Source: Macrostomum hystrix (Eukaryota > Animalia > Platyhelminthes). From it: a stretch of DNA of 64,000 bases. The DNA lies in the NCBI GenBank assembly GCA_950097015.1, contig CATNEN010000001.1, positions 23,126,001 through 23,190,000 of the forward strand. Direction: 5' to 3'. The number at the start of each line of letters is the position of its first letter. The stretch's first letter is position 1. Positions 25,719 to 37,857 of this stretch are shown here, in pieces. The translations under genes were made by a program, and so were the position numbers. Under the pieces are notes generated by a model. That model was not told the origin of the DNA. It did not search any database and saw nothing but the letters and a program-made list of their open reading frames with translations.

Positions 25719-28137
25719 TCTATATATATAAAAGTGAAAACTCTGTCTGTCTGTCTGTCTGTCTGTGTGCAACCTTTTGTCTTTATAGACGCCGAAACCG
25801 CTCAACCAAATCGCACCAAACTTTGCACATACCTAAAACCACCTACGCTGAGTGCAATAGGCTACTCAAATTCCCGAAAAATCATTTCCTTCCTGCTCAA
25901 AAGTGCAAAAAACTGCTCAAAAATCGTCAAAAAATCACTCAATTCGACATATCGTCGCCCCACTTTGTCAGATTTTCTCCAAATTTGATCCACTTACACT
26001 TTACATGTTTTCCAACAATGCTGTCAATTTTGAACATCTCTACTCAATCCAGAGCAAAGCTGCATCATCTCAAAGTGAGTCACTTTTTGTTTTCCGAGGA
26101 CAGCCACCCCAACTCCCCTCCGCCACTCTGCGGGCCAAATTTTAATACAGCCACCCCCTCCCTTCCCCGGGCGCCGAAGCCCCAGACTGTACATTGCATT
26201 TCAAGCCGTGAATGTACACAGCCCAAACCCCTAGACTGTCTACTGGCCCCCAAGCAGCACTGAGACTGAGTGCGGTGAGTGCGGTGGCGTCCCAGTGCGC
26301 AGGGCTCTCCGGTCAATATTTCTCTCCAGCCAGCCTGGGATAGAAGAAAGAGAGAGGCTGGCGTACAGTGCTTTGCTAAAATACAAGACGGTTATCCGCT
26401 GTATCGACGGAGATCACGTGAGGATGGCGGCTTTACCACTCGCATTATTCTATGCAGCCATGGGAATGAAGAGATCGATCTGGACAACGGATGGGTCGTT
26501 CCCTACTGCCCGCTACTGTCCAAGGTGTTCAATCCACACATCAACGTTGAGTACTGCAACTCTGTTAAATCAATCAAGTACATTTGCAAGTACGTGAACA
26601 AGGGTAGCGACCAAGCAGTGTTCAACATTGAGGGACCTGGAGGCATAGTAAACGAATTTGACGAAGTCAATCGCTTCAAGAGCGGAAGGTATCAGCTCTA
26701 ACGAGGCAATGTGGCGAATCTTCGGATTCTCTATTCATGAACGCCACCCAACTGTCATGCACCTCAGTGTGCACCTGGAAAACGGTCAGAGAGTATACTT
26801 TACGGAGGAGAACATCCAGCAGCGTGCTCAAAGGCCACAGGACACTACTCTTACTGCTTTCTTCAAGTTGTGCGCTGAAGACCCCTTTGCCAGGACTTTG
26901 CTGTACCACCAGGTGCCTGCCTATTACACATGGAACGCCTCTTCGAAAGGATGGAAGCGGCGGGTTCAAGGCGCTGCAGTTCCAGGCCATCCTGAAATAC
27001 GACAGACTGATGCATTAGCCAGAGTACACGGTGCACCCAAACCACAGTGAATGCTACTACCTGCTACACACCGTGATTGGTCCGACGTCATTTAGACACA
27101 TTAGAACGGTGGAAGGCCATACCTGCCAAACTTTTCATGAAGCATGTCAGCGACTGGGACTGCTGGAAGAGCTGGATGACCAGGAGCAGCTGGGACAGTT
27201 CATAGAGGAGAATGAGCCCCGACTCATGCCTGAGCAGCTAGAGGCGTACCGCGAGCTATTGCGCAGAGTCAACAACAACGTTGGTGGCATGGTTTTTCTT
27301 GATGCTCCAGGTGGCACAGGAAAAAAATTTCTAATCAACCTCCTTCTGGCAAAGGTCAGGCAACGAGGCGACGTTGCCATTGCTGTAGCTTCCTCTGGAA
27401 TTACAGCCACCTTGCTGCCAGGCGGTCGCACTGCCCACTCAGCACTGAAGTTGCCGCTTGATCTGTCTTGAGCGGAGAATCCGCTGTGCAACATCAAGAA
27501 AAACACAGGCACTGCCAGAGTGCTTCAGGCTTGCAAGCTTATCGTCTGGGATGAGTGTACCATGTCCCACAAACTGGCATTTGAAGCACTCAACTTAACT
27601 TTGAAAGACCTGCGCAATAGCAATCAACTGATGGGTGGTGTCACTCTGCTGCTGTCTGGAGACTTTAGACAGACGCTGCCTGTGATTCCGCGAGGCACTC
27701 CTGCTGATGAGATTAATGCTTTCCTAAAATCATCTCACCTGTGGCCATCGGTTGTGAAGTTGCACCTACGAACAAACATGAGAGCTACAATTCAAGGAGA
27801 CGAAACAGCTCATGAGTTCTCTGCCAATCTATTGCGAATCGGCAATGGTCTGCTGGAGATTAGCACAGAGAATGGGCAGTCATCGATCGCTACAATCGGA
27901 ACCATTGTGCAGTCAGTGCAGGAGCTCAAGGCAAAAGTTTACCCGAACCTGATGGTTCGATATGCTGACGTTGACTGGCTGTCAGAGCCAGTACGCCCTT
28001 AAACAAACTCTTCACTTTTCATTCATGCAGTAAATAAATAAATGGTGACCTTCACTATAAAGTTAATACAGAGACGTGAATTGCTTACTGCTTTGCTTTA
28101 AATTTCTGCCCCAAAAACAACGGGCAAAAAAAGCTAG
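25719..28137 (+). mobile_element. Internally deleted Helitron (Rep Y2 motif and PIF1 helicase remnants)
   Basis: The 5' end is a|TCtatatatataaaag followed by (gtct)n. The 3' end has a gccc...gggc hairpin and then CTAG|t, so the insertion sits between A and T. Motifs IKYICKYVNKG, DAPGGTGK, GRTAHS, WDECTM and GDFRQTLPV, with frameshifts. Confidence 0.93.
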
Positions 28138-29289
28138 TATTTTATTATACTAAAATTCATCATTATAATTATACATACTAGAGTCAAAGTTTTAAACTCA
28201 AATCGAATATAGGCCCCTTATCTGAAACTATATTCTTATCTTAACTGTCTTTTAAATATCATTTTCTAATGATAATATGCTATAATAGGCATGTATGGGC
28301 CTTAGCATTCTAAGCATTGTTAGTATTCATGGATCTCATGGAATGGAAGTGACTTGCCATGCAGATGCAGTAATGCAATCTATCTAGAATATAACACTTT
28401 GTCTTTATTTACAAATAATACAGTTTATTTAAATTTATCTATTCTAAGATCAGGAACCATACAATATGGTTCATCCCTAAGTAGCAACAAGGCAATATAG
28501 GAAAATTGCTCTATAGGCAATATAGGAAAATAGGAATAGCTCTTAGGCCTAACATAAGGCAAAAGCAAGCTAGTTTACGTCATTAGTTCTTAAAAATGAG
28601 ATAATTATTTAATTTGTTTCTCCGCAGTTTATATTGTTCAAAATCTCCCGAACGATAAACGTTAAACAAACTAAATAGTGAAATGACTCATGCAAACACA
28701 ATTGCAAACGGTATTCAATCCACTATGAACATTTTATCCATGAATTTTATCAGATGAATATCCTGAATACAGAGCTCAAATTACAAAAATGTAACCATCG
28801 AATCGACGACTGAATGAGCTGTAGAAGTGCGACGTCGAAAAAAGCATCATATCGCCATGCCTCTAAAGTTATTTCTATACACCTTCATCGAACACAGGAA
28901 CCATTTTTATCATGCCTTTAGTTCTTCTGATGGCATACAACTCAAATTGCTTTCACGACATGGATTCGCCATGACACTGTCTATTCGACGTAGAAAAGAT
29001 GGTTACCTTCCCAGTGGGTAATAAACAAAAAAATTATTTTAGCATAATTTTGCTTGGCAACTGTCCAGAATTTTGCGGTAACACCTGTGAGATTACAAAG
29101 GGAGATAGAGTAGTGGTGCAAAACATTCTCTCCCTCTCCACCGCCCGAACCTTTTTTTGCGCGCATAAAGAGTAAAAGCCAAATTTACGAGTAAGAGCAA
29201 GAGCTCAAGAGACGCTAGTTCCGTCGGACTCTCTAATCGGCTATACGTAACAACACCACAGGGAATCAGATGCACGCATTGTCCATTAA

Positions 29290-30000
29290 GTATCAGCACC
29301 TGATCGAGGTCTTGATTCGAGCTACCCTGACCAGAGTGGCTGCGCTCCGGGTCCATGGCGTGCCTTAACAGATTTTTGGTTGCTGACTAGATGTCCTTTT
29401 CCGCCATTTTGATGGACAGCATACATGCCCCTCGAATAACCAGCCACAGGGTGTGGCCTGAAAGGCTAGTTTGCCACGCTTGCCACGGAAGCTGTAGCGG
29501 CTCGCAGTTGCTGGCGTCAGAAGCCTCCGGATTATTCGTCTCACTACTTCTTGAACGTTGGAGCCACCAACGTAGGCCAATTGTCGTTCCTCCAAGATAC
29601 AAAAGCAAGAAAATTTGAAGAGTAGAGTAGTAAGTATATTATATTACAGTATAGGAGCAAGCTGAGTCCACGGAAAAAATCATGCAGCCCAATGGAATGG
29701 AGCAAAAATAAATTTTGATATCTAATGTAAAGTCTGAAATGGACTATGCCCAATAATAGTAAATAAAATGCTCACCAGATTTTCGCGATTAGCCTCAATT
29801 TTGACAAACGCGCTTAGTTCTTGAACGTCTTCCAGTGAGGCACATGGCAGCTCAACTGGCGAGGAAATGTTGACGCCTCTTCGGGACTTTACAAATGCAA
29901 CGGCGCGTTGAAGCTGGCCAACTTCTTGACGAATTGCAGTGAGTTCTCTGAGAACATTGCGCTCAAAACCTGTACGAAATTAGATGTACGAAATCAAAAA
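29290..30000 (-). pseudogene. DUF4806-like accessory ORF remnant (CACTA remnant 2)
   Basis: LAYVGGSNVQEVVRRIIRRLLT...SRYSFRGKRGKLAF. Confidence 0.7.
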
Positions 30001-30559
30001 AGCCTTGCAAAAACACAAGATAAACAGTCGTGCAAAATCATTGGAACCCTACCAGAATTAGAATACTGCTGAGTTCTGGTGGGTTTCATTGCGTAGCCTG
30101 GTTGACGCGGGCCTAAAGGACAAAGGACAACATTTGCATAAGCAGCAGAAATAAAAGAAATATTCTGACTCTCGAAATAAAAAACATAATTTTTAGACAC
30201 CGAAATATCACTGTAACAAGTAAATATAATTTATTACTGTTAGTCATTGGCTCCACAGAAGAATTTAGAACAGTATTTGTCCTCGTCAATTCAGGCCGAA
30301 AATGCAGAGGAGAACATGCAGATCCTATATAGACGGTGAAAAAACTGCACTGATAGCACAGCTTTCAGAAATGGCATCTCGCGCTGCAACGGGTGATGAA
30401 TACATGCAATGTCCATTGCAAGGGAAATAGCAATTAAAATATTTATTTAGTGGGTAAAATAGGGCAAACCTGGTGGCTGAGGTGAATTGCCAGCACAATC
30501 CAAGAAGCCAATTCTCACGTACATACTCTACAATCTCCTCTTCAAATAAAACGATGTAG

Positions 30560-31540
30560 AAATTCGCCTGGAATTAGCAATGTTTAAAATTCTTTCAGAG
30601 AAACATTGGAACAAGAAGAACCTTGCCATTTATAGGAATTCCACAATACTTCTTGCTAACTTCTGACAAAGGAATAAGGTAGACTGCAGCATCCAAATTT
30701 CAAACAAGATAAATTGAGAGCTTAATTGAAGCCATTGGGTAGTCAAAAAATGGTTCCTGGACATTGTACTTGTGACATGCAAGGGTTGGTTGCTGATTGA
30801 CAATAAGAACATTCACTTTTTTTAACAAGTTACCTTTGGAATCCTCAATATTTGAATCTTTTGGCAATGAAGAGAGACGAAAGCGATTAGTACAAACAGA
30901 GTGATATTGATCAACCATATCAGGGTGGACATCATGAGGTATAGGTCCTCCAAAATGTTTCTGCAAATCCTTCACTTGGTTAAGTGATGAACTAGGAGCT
31001 TCTTTTACTGTGGCATCCCATTCAGCAATCCTATTGCAAACTTGCTCTAAAGGGAGATATGGTGAACGGACCATGCTCTTTAACTTCTGCATATAGTTCT
31101 CAAACTTAAATGCTGAAAAACTGTCCAAAGGACCATGAACCTGTTCATCTTGTGCTAGGTGCAGCAGACTATGTTGTATGTAAGGAATTGCTCACCAAAT
31201 AGCTCAGTACAACTGGATACAAAAGAATTAAGTAAATCGTTTGCATAATTTGATAGTGCATTGGAAGTTACAGGATTAGCAAGTATGGAAATGGCAGTAC
31301 TCAGAAGAAGAAAATTCTTGTACTTGATTGGAATTGGAATTGATGACTTAAGAGCTACAAGACCAGAAAAGAGCATAAATTAACGAAATTCTGTTGCCTT
31401 CCAAAATTTCAAATCATTAAGTCCACGAGGCTGCCGTGAAAACTCAGAAGGAAAGAATGGTGACATAAGAATTAGCTTTTGGCTAATCTGTGTGACAGAA
31501 AGTCCAGGTAGCCTATGTGGCAAAGTTCCAGCTGTCCATT
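30560..31540 (-). mobile_element. EnSpm/CACTA-type transposase C-terminal remnant 2
   Basis: FPSEFSRQPRGLNDLKFWKATEFR, FLLLSTAISIL and GPLDSFSAFKFENYMQKLKSMVRSP. Confidence 0.87.
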
Positions 31541-31709
31541 CCCAAGAAAAAGAAGTACGTAAAAAGACGTATATTTCTAGTACATCCTCTACATTACATA
31601 TGTTGAATTTACGTAGAGCATTTACGAAGAATATTAGTAGGACTTGTCGCGACAAAATGCGTTTAATTTACGTTAAGAGTAAATATGTTAAAATTGAAAT
31701 AGTTGCGGG

Positions 31710-33950
31710 TTTTGCAATCCGATGATCTGCCCTCGTGAAGGAAAAGAGTGTGGGGATGGCGATAGAGTCAGAAGTCGTACCGCAAAGTCTCGCGAGTTGC
31801 CGCGGAAAGAGGGATGAAGGGAGAGATGAAGGGAGAGACAGTGGATGCAGGGAGTGGTCCTCTCGGCCTCAGGCTGGCCAGTCCCACTCAACCCATAGGC
31901 CACAGGCATGACTGCCGTGCCTACCCCAAGCAGTGCTCGAAACCGGCTAAAAGTCTAAATAGATGTCGGACTACCCGCAAGCGGATAGGACAGGGCTAGG
32001 TAGCCTACTGTCATCAGTAGCATGTTCGTAACTGACTCCTAAACTTGGTAGCAGTGGTCGACTCGGCCTAGGCTCTTGTCTTAGAAATGCGGAAAGGCTA
32101 TCGGCAAAGCGGAAAATGATCTAGGGTAGCGCCACCACCCAATGCGCCTACGTTGCCACCGCAGACATTTGGGAACTTGGGTCCCCGGAGCTCGCAGCTC
32201 CTAGTTTGTCACACAGATCTTAGACAAGCCGAAAAATAGAGCCTTCTGTAACTTCCGTTTTAGACTAGGGTGAAAACCCCAGAATGGATCGAGACACGCC
32301 TCACCAGGGGATTCCTGAATTTGCGCTACAGTGGTCTAGAAAGGTGGTACTCAGAACCTGAAAGAGAAACCCATAGCCAGAATCCCACTCATGGGACATC
32401 AGACACATTCTGTACATTAGACTGCAGCCCACACATTAGATAACTAGCAATCCGAGTCTGTGTGAGTTGAGGAAAACAGAGGCAGGAGAGATTAGGCTGA
32501 ACACTGGCTGAGTGATTATGCGAGCGTAAGATTAAAAGATCATCACCCCCCACTTCCCTGGCGGTGGAAGCGAGAGGGGGAACGGAGGGAGAGCTCAATT
32601 GGCAGGGGAGCTTGACACGCACTCCCAGTTCCGCCAGGAAACGAGGAAAACCCGCCAGGGAATTCCCCACCCCTGGGCAGAAAGACAACACGTGCTACGC
32701 TCCGCATTTTACTTGCAAATCCCTAGCTCCCTATTGCTCTCATACGCGCTTACAATTGCCTTCCTGCCGCAGCTTTCAGCTCGGCTGTGCCAGAGCCCAT
32801 TCCCCTAATAGATTAGCCACTCATGGTAGAGGGCTGTCTAAGGTTAAAATAAAGGTGAAAAGGAGACATAATAAAGGAAATTAAATTGTTATAAAGTTAA
32901 GCCCGTTTTAACGTTAAAAGTGCTTAGATTGGATAGTTTATTAGGCGAAACAATTCCTAGCTTCCCTCCCACTAAATGCCGCCTAACTAATAGAAAGCCC
33001 CTTAGGAGCAATAATTGCAAACCGCTGCGCGGATTACTTATCTGGAGTCGCTTCGGCCGCGTGCTGCAATCCCGTCGTTCTCGGGGAAGAGGGTGGGGTA
33101 AGACAGCAAAGGCCGAGAAGGGAAAGATGCTGCGAGTCGGCAGGGGCCCACACGCTTGGAGCTCAAGGCTCAATTTAACGGCTCACCTAAAGAGGTGGCT
33201 CGCGCTCAGGGGGAATGGGGACAGGCAATGGGCCTGCGCTAACTGTGGAGCTAGGAGCTCTAGGGTCTATGCCCTAAGTGGATCTGGGGGACAAGTCCTG
33301 GGTCCGGTGGGATTCCGGCCCGACAAAGGTAAACCGGCAGGGAGAAAGGGGAAGAGCCGGTGGGAGAAAAGAGGTCCTAGAGGGAGCAGCGCAGCGCGCT
33401 TGCTTAAATAGGCCTTGCAGCACGCCAACCCCGACATCCATCAAAGCAACCCACATTCGCGCCAGCCTGTCATCGAGGAATTGAAGCGGCGATTGCCGCC
33501 CCAATTGCCCAATGAACCGGCGGCGGGAAACGACAGATGTTCTGCGCGAACAGCCGTCGGCAGTCAGCCAGTGATTGTTACTCCGCCGGGACAATGGGAA
33601 GCGCAGGCGCCGACCTGCCTACAGTGACATTTACATGTATCTAAAGGAGGGAGGTCATAAAGTCGAGCTGGGCTCGAATACTGTAAAGAAGAGGGGACAT
33701 GAAGAATTTAATAATCACTCATAACGCGCGAGTGAGCCCCTATATCTGATCGCGGTTTGGAGGGGAATTATGACCTAAACTAGTTCATTCAGTAACATTA
33801 TGGCCGCGATCAGTCATTCCTACGGGGAGTCTAGACAACTCCGGAGAGAGAGGATTCGACAGCTACTTGATTCACCGCCGCCTCAAACCCGGCCCTAAGA
33901 TTAATGATCTTGTTTTGTGGCCAGCTGCTATGTGGGTCGCAATTATGAGT
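31710..33950 (+). mobile_element. GC-rich decayed element, possibly a tyrosine-recombinase (DIRS/Ngaro-like) retrotransposon
   Basis: Only weak, frame-broken motifs: VVDS...MRKGY...WVPG (DIRS RNase H-like) near 32050-32200, and YALTIAF, KT, LKRWLALRG and ATHIRAS (YR-like) at 32740-33480. Confidence 0.3.
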
Positions 33951-34089
33951 TACTTAAAAATTTGAAAAATTATGCTGGCTCACATTCCCGCTCGATTCCC
34001 GCAGCACACTCCAAATCAAAATGACGTATAATAATTCTAAGAATTTACATATAATCAACGTCTAACAAGATACGTAGATACGTAGATAC

Positions 34090-34935
34090 GTAGAATACTG
34101 GTAAACACATTTAGAATACTGGTAAACACATTTAGAGTACTGGTAAACACATTTAGAAAACTGGTTAACACTTTTAGAATACTGGTAAACACATTTAGAA
34201 TACTGGTAAAAACATTTAGAATACTGGTAAACACTTTTAGAATACTGGTAAACACATTTAGAATACTGTTAAAAACATTTAGAATACTGGTAAAAACATT
34301 TAGAATACTGGTAAACACATTTAGAATACTGGTAAACACATTTAGAAAACTGGTAAACACTTTTAGAATACTGGTAAACACATTTAGAATACTGGTAAAA
34401 ACATTTAGAATACTGATAAACACTTTTAGAATACTGGTAAACACATTTAGAATACTGGTAAACACTTTTAGAATACTGGTAAACACATTTAGAATACTGG
34501 TAAACACATTTAGAATACTGGTAAACACTTTTAGAATACTGGTAAACACATTTAGAATACTGGTAAACACATTTAGAATACTGGTAAAAACATTTAGAAT
34601 ACTGATAAACACTTTTAGAATATTGGTAAACACATTTAGAATACTGTTAAAAACATTTAGAATACTGGTAAACACATTTAGAATACTGTTAAAAACATTT
34701 AGAATGCTGGTAAAAACATTTAGAATACTGGTAAACACATTTAGAATACTGGTAAACACATTTAGAATACGGGTAAACACATTTAGAATACAGGTAAACA
34801 CATTTAGAATACGGGTAAACACATTTAGAATGCAGGTAAACACATTTAGAATACGGGTAAACACATTTAGAATACTGGTGAACACATGTAGAAAACTGTA
34901 GGACATTTAAAAAACTGTTGGACATTTAAAAAACT
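34090..34935. repeat. 21-bp tandem repeat (ttagaatactggtaaacacat)n
   Basis: About 38 units are visible. The ILNVFTS ORF is its translation. Confidence 0.96.
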
Positions 34936-35339
34936 GTTGGACTCTTTTCTCGATTGAAATTTTGTTAAAGATTTGATGATTTATATGTTGTAGTAAGAAA
35001 GGAGTAGATGTCTCAATATATCGTTGAATTGAAGTCTGCTATGCACATTTTACCTATTAAAATCAAACACACACACACACGGGTGAGAAAAGCTGTGATG
35101 TAATCTATTTATAAATTCGCACTGACTGTCTCGCCAGTGGGGTTGACATAGCTATGTACATTTGACACAGTGAAATTCTTATCAGTGTACTCACTTTTAA
35201 CAAAACTGGCCCTGATGCAATCATTAAAATTGGCAGCGGAACGCACATTGACAAAACTGGCTCTGATGTAATGCATTAAAAATCCTATCTAAAACAGTTT
35301 TTCGAATATTTAATCCCCTTAACAATGAAGTTAAGCTTA

Positions 35340-35470
35340 ATAAAAATACGTGTATATGTGTCCACATATTTGGCATCTTTTGGTGAAGAAATGGTGAAAA
35401 TCGGTTGAGCCGTTCGGGAGAAAATCAATTACAAGCAACCAAGCAACCATTTCATTTTTAGTATATAAGA
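35340..35470 (-). mobile_element. Helitron/DINE-like 5' terminal fragment
   Basis: The reverse complement begins TCttatatactaaaaatgaaa...aacggctcaaccgattttcacc, with the same architecture as the 5' end at 25719. Confidence 0.55.
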
Positions 35471-36439
35471 TTTTGGTAAATGCATAGTGGGGTTAAAAGA
35501 GAAATATATATTTTTTACAGTGTGTGTAATAACTGCGCTTGACAATATTTTATATGACAATAGCTGGGGTATAGTTTCAAAGGGGGCATAAGAGATGCAA
35601 GACAGCAAGAGCGAACCGTCACCACCCTCCCTCGCGCTTATTTTTTAAGTTTTATATTTCGGTAGAATAATGATGATTTGCGTCTTTTAGTTCGATGCGC
35701 AAATTACTCTACTAGCAGTAGTCGGCTTTACGAAAAGTAGGCATTCCGCTAGAATATGTGAGGATATTGTGAGTATAAATATCGGAGTCTCAATTACAGG
35801 TGTATCTAACAAATGAGACGAAGTTAAGCCGATAAACTGGCCCAGTGTTTGTGGTTCACTGGTACCTGTGGTAGCTTCTATAAGCAACTTCAGGGAACGT
35901 CCCACGTCTCGGTGCGATGATGACATCTAAAAGTCTGACCCAAAGGAATACCTGGATGGCTTAGTGTCTAGTGCCGGGACTTGTTATTTTTTCCACTTTT
36001 TGCCAAACTAAAGAGCGGCTAGCTACGGTAGCTGCAAAGTCGCAATCTGACCGAATTCTAGCCGAAAGCAGTATCTACATTTCGAAGCGATGCCACTCTA
36101 AAGCCGTATCGCACAACCTAAATGTAGTAGCGTTGCCACGTTAGTGCCGAATTGCAAGCCAGTATGCATTGGCACTGGATGCTGACCAAGAAAGAACACA
36201 AAAGGACAGAACAGAATAAAACAGGAGGCACTTTTACTTAAGCAAAATCAGGAATTTTGCCCGAGAATAAACTGCTCAATAGTAAATTTATAAGCAGCAG
36301 AGCTCGAAATTTTATACGATTGATATTTTATTTACAAATTACTATTTAGTCTATAACAATAGCGAGCATTCATAAATTTAAAAAATAAACTATATGTTTA
36401 ACAGCGAAGCATAAGGAAATTATAGAAACTGAGTAAACA

Positions 36440-37100
36440 ATATTAGCCTAATAAAAATATTAATCGACAAGTTTGAGAAATTACGTAATTTACATAGGGA
36501 AATTGACAATCTCGCCATGCTCTTTCGGGAAAGCAATTGCTTTTCCCTGTGGTACACCACAGACAATTCGACGTGAAATAGCGTAAATGCCAATAGCGCC
36601 GAAAAATTAACGAATGACCTGTCACACTGCCATGGGCATCAACGGAATTAACGAAAACGTAATTTCTATTAAGGACAGCGCATTTGTCGGGTGCCTTGTT
36701 TTTAAATACAAATAGGGATTTGTGACTGGAAATGGGAACGCGTGAATCAAGGTCTCGCAGTACAGAACCTGTTTCTGTACATGTGAATAAATTCCACGAA
36801 CTTGTCGTACACGACGCTTCAGCCTTCCAAGATAGTTTTCAAAGCGAAAGGTTGAAAAGTTGTTTAGAGGCCCATAAAGCTTAACGTAATCATATATATG
36901 CAACAGGATGTGAAAATTATAGGACACAACTGGAACCAAATAGTTTTGGGGCTTTAAAAACAAAAATATTAATGGCGCTGGCAGCTTGGGGATAGAGGTG
37001 AGAAAAATGTTGTGATGAAAACACGAAGATAGCAAAATGTAGAAGTTAGAAATGCTGAAAATATTGGATCGGCAAATAATTTTTGAATAGTAAAGGACCA
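36440..37100 (-). mobile_element. EnSpm/CACTA-type transposase C-terminal remnant 3
   Basis: VSYNFHILLHIYDYVKLYGPLNNFSTFRFENYLGRLKRRVR. Confidence 0.85.
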
Positions 37101-37129
37101 CAGAACAGAAGCAGAGACCTAAACTATGA

Positions 37130-37857
37130 GGCCTTATATTTGCTTAGCTCTTTGTCCAAGCGTCTTGGCGAACGCTGAACCTCGACAGAAAAATACTTTC
37201 GACACAAACCAATGCTGTCAGACAGCACAGTCAGTGGCAGCATCTCGGTCTGCAGCATTCTTGAAAGAATTCATGAGGGCTTCTGTGACTTCTCTATCAG
37301 TTGCTGCTGGAAAAGCTGTGCGTGCTGCTAGGCGAATAGCATCTTCTAGAGGGCCAATAAAGCTCATATTTTCACTTCCATGCCTACTGAACTGTTACTG
37401 CAGCTCATTTATCATGACAGTTGACATTGCCATTTTGATGAAATTGCGAAGTGAAGACCCTCCAACAAGGGCCAACTTGTTGACAACACTGGAATTAAAT
37501 CCATTGTCCGCTTTCATCTGGTCAATGAACTCGTCCAGTTCTGGAGCAGTTTTCTTAGGAGAAAGAACCAACTGCTGGTTGGAAGATACTGGTCCATGTG
37601 CATTTCCATTTAAGTTTTAACTTGCCTTTCAATTTCCACTATTCTCTTATAAGTGAGTGCTGACAAATAGTAGGCTGCCTCTGCTGTAAAAGGCTGAAAG
37701 CCTTTCCGCTCAACGAGGCTATGAATTGGCTGCAACTCGACATGGCTGATGGGCTGCAATGATGGACTATGAGAATGTGGTCTAGGTGTCCACGGATGAA
37801 TAGTTGCAGCTGAGGCTGAGCCAGATGCTGACAAAATTGTTTGAGTTGGAAGTTCTG
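37130..37857 (-). pseudogene. DUF4806-like accessory ORF remnant (CACTA remnant 3)
   Basis: The minus strand reads PELDEFIDQMK...KLALVGGSSLRNFIKMAMSTVM...EVTEALMNSFKNAADR, with a stop and a frameshift. Confidence 0.7.

Noticed and set aside
34055-34906. 283-aa ILNVFTS-repeat protein
   Set aside because: It is simply the translation of a stop-free 21-bp array, with no other evidence of a gene.
37639-37857. C-terminus of the 852-aa R2 ORF
   Set aside because: It is read-through into unrelated CACTA-derived sequence after the truncation point and lacks the CCHC and RLE motifs.
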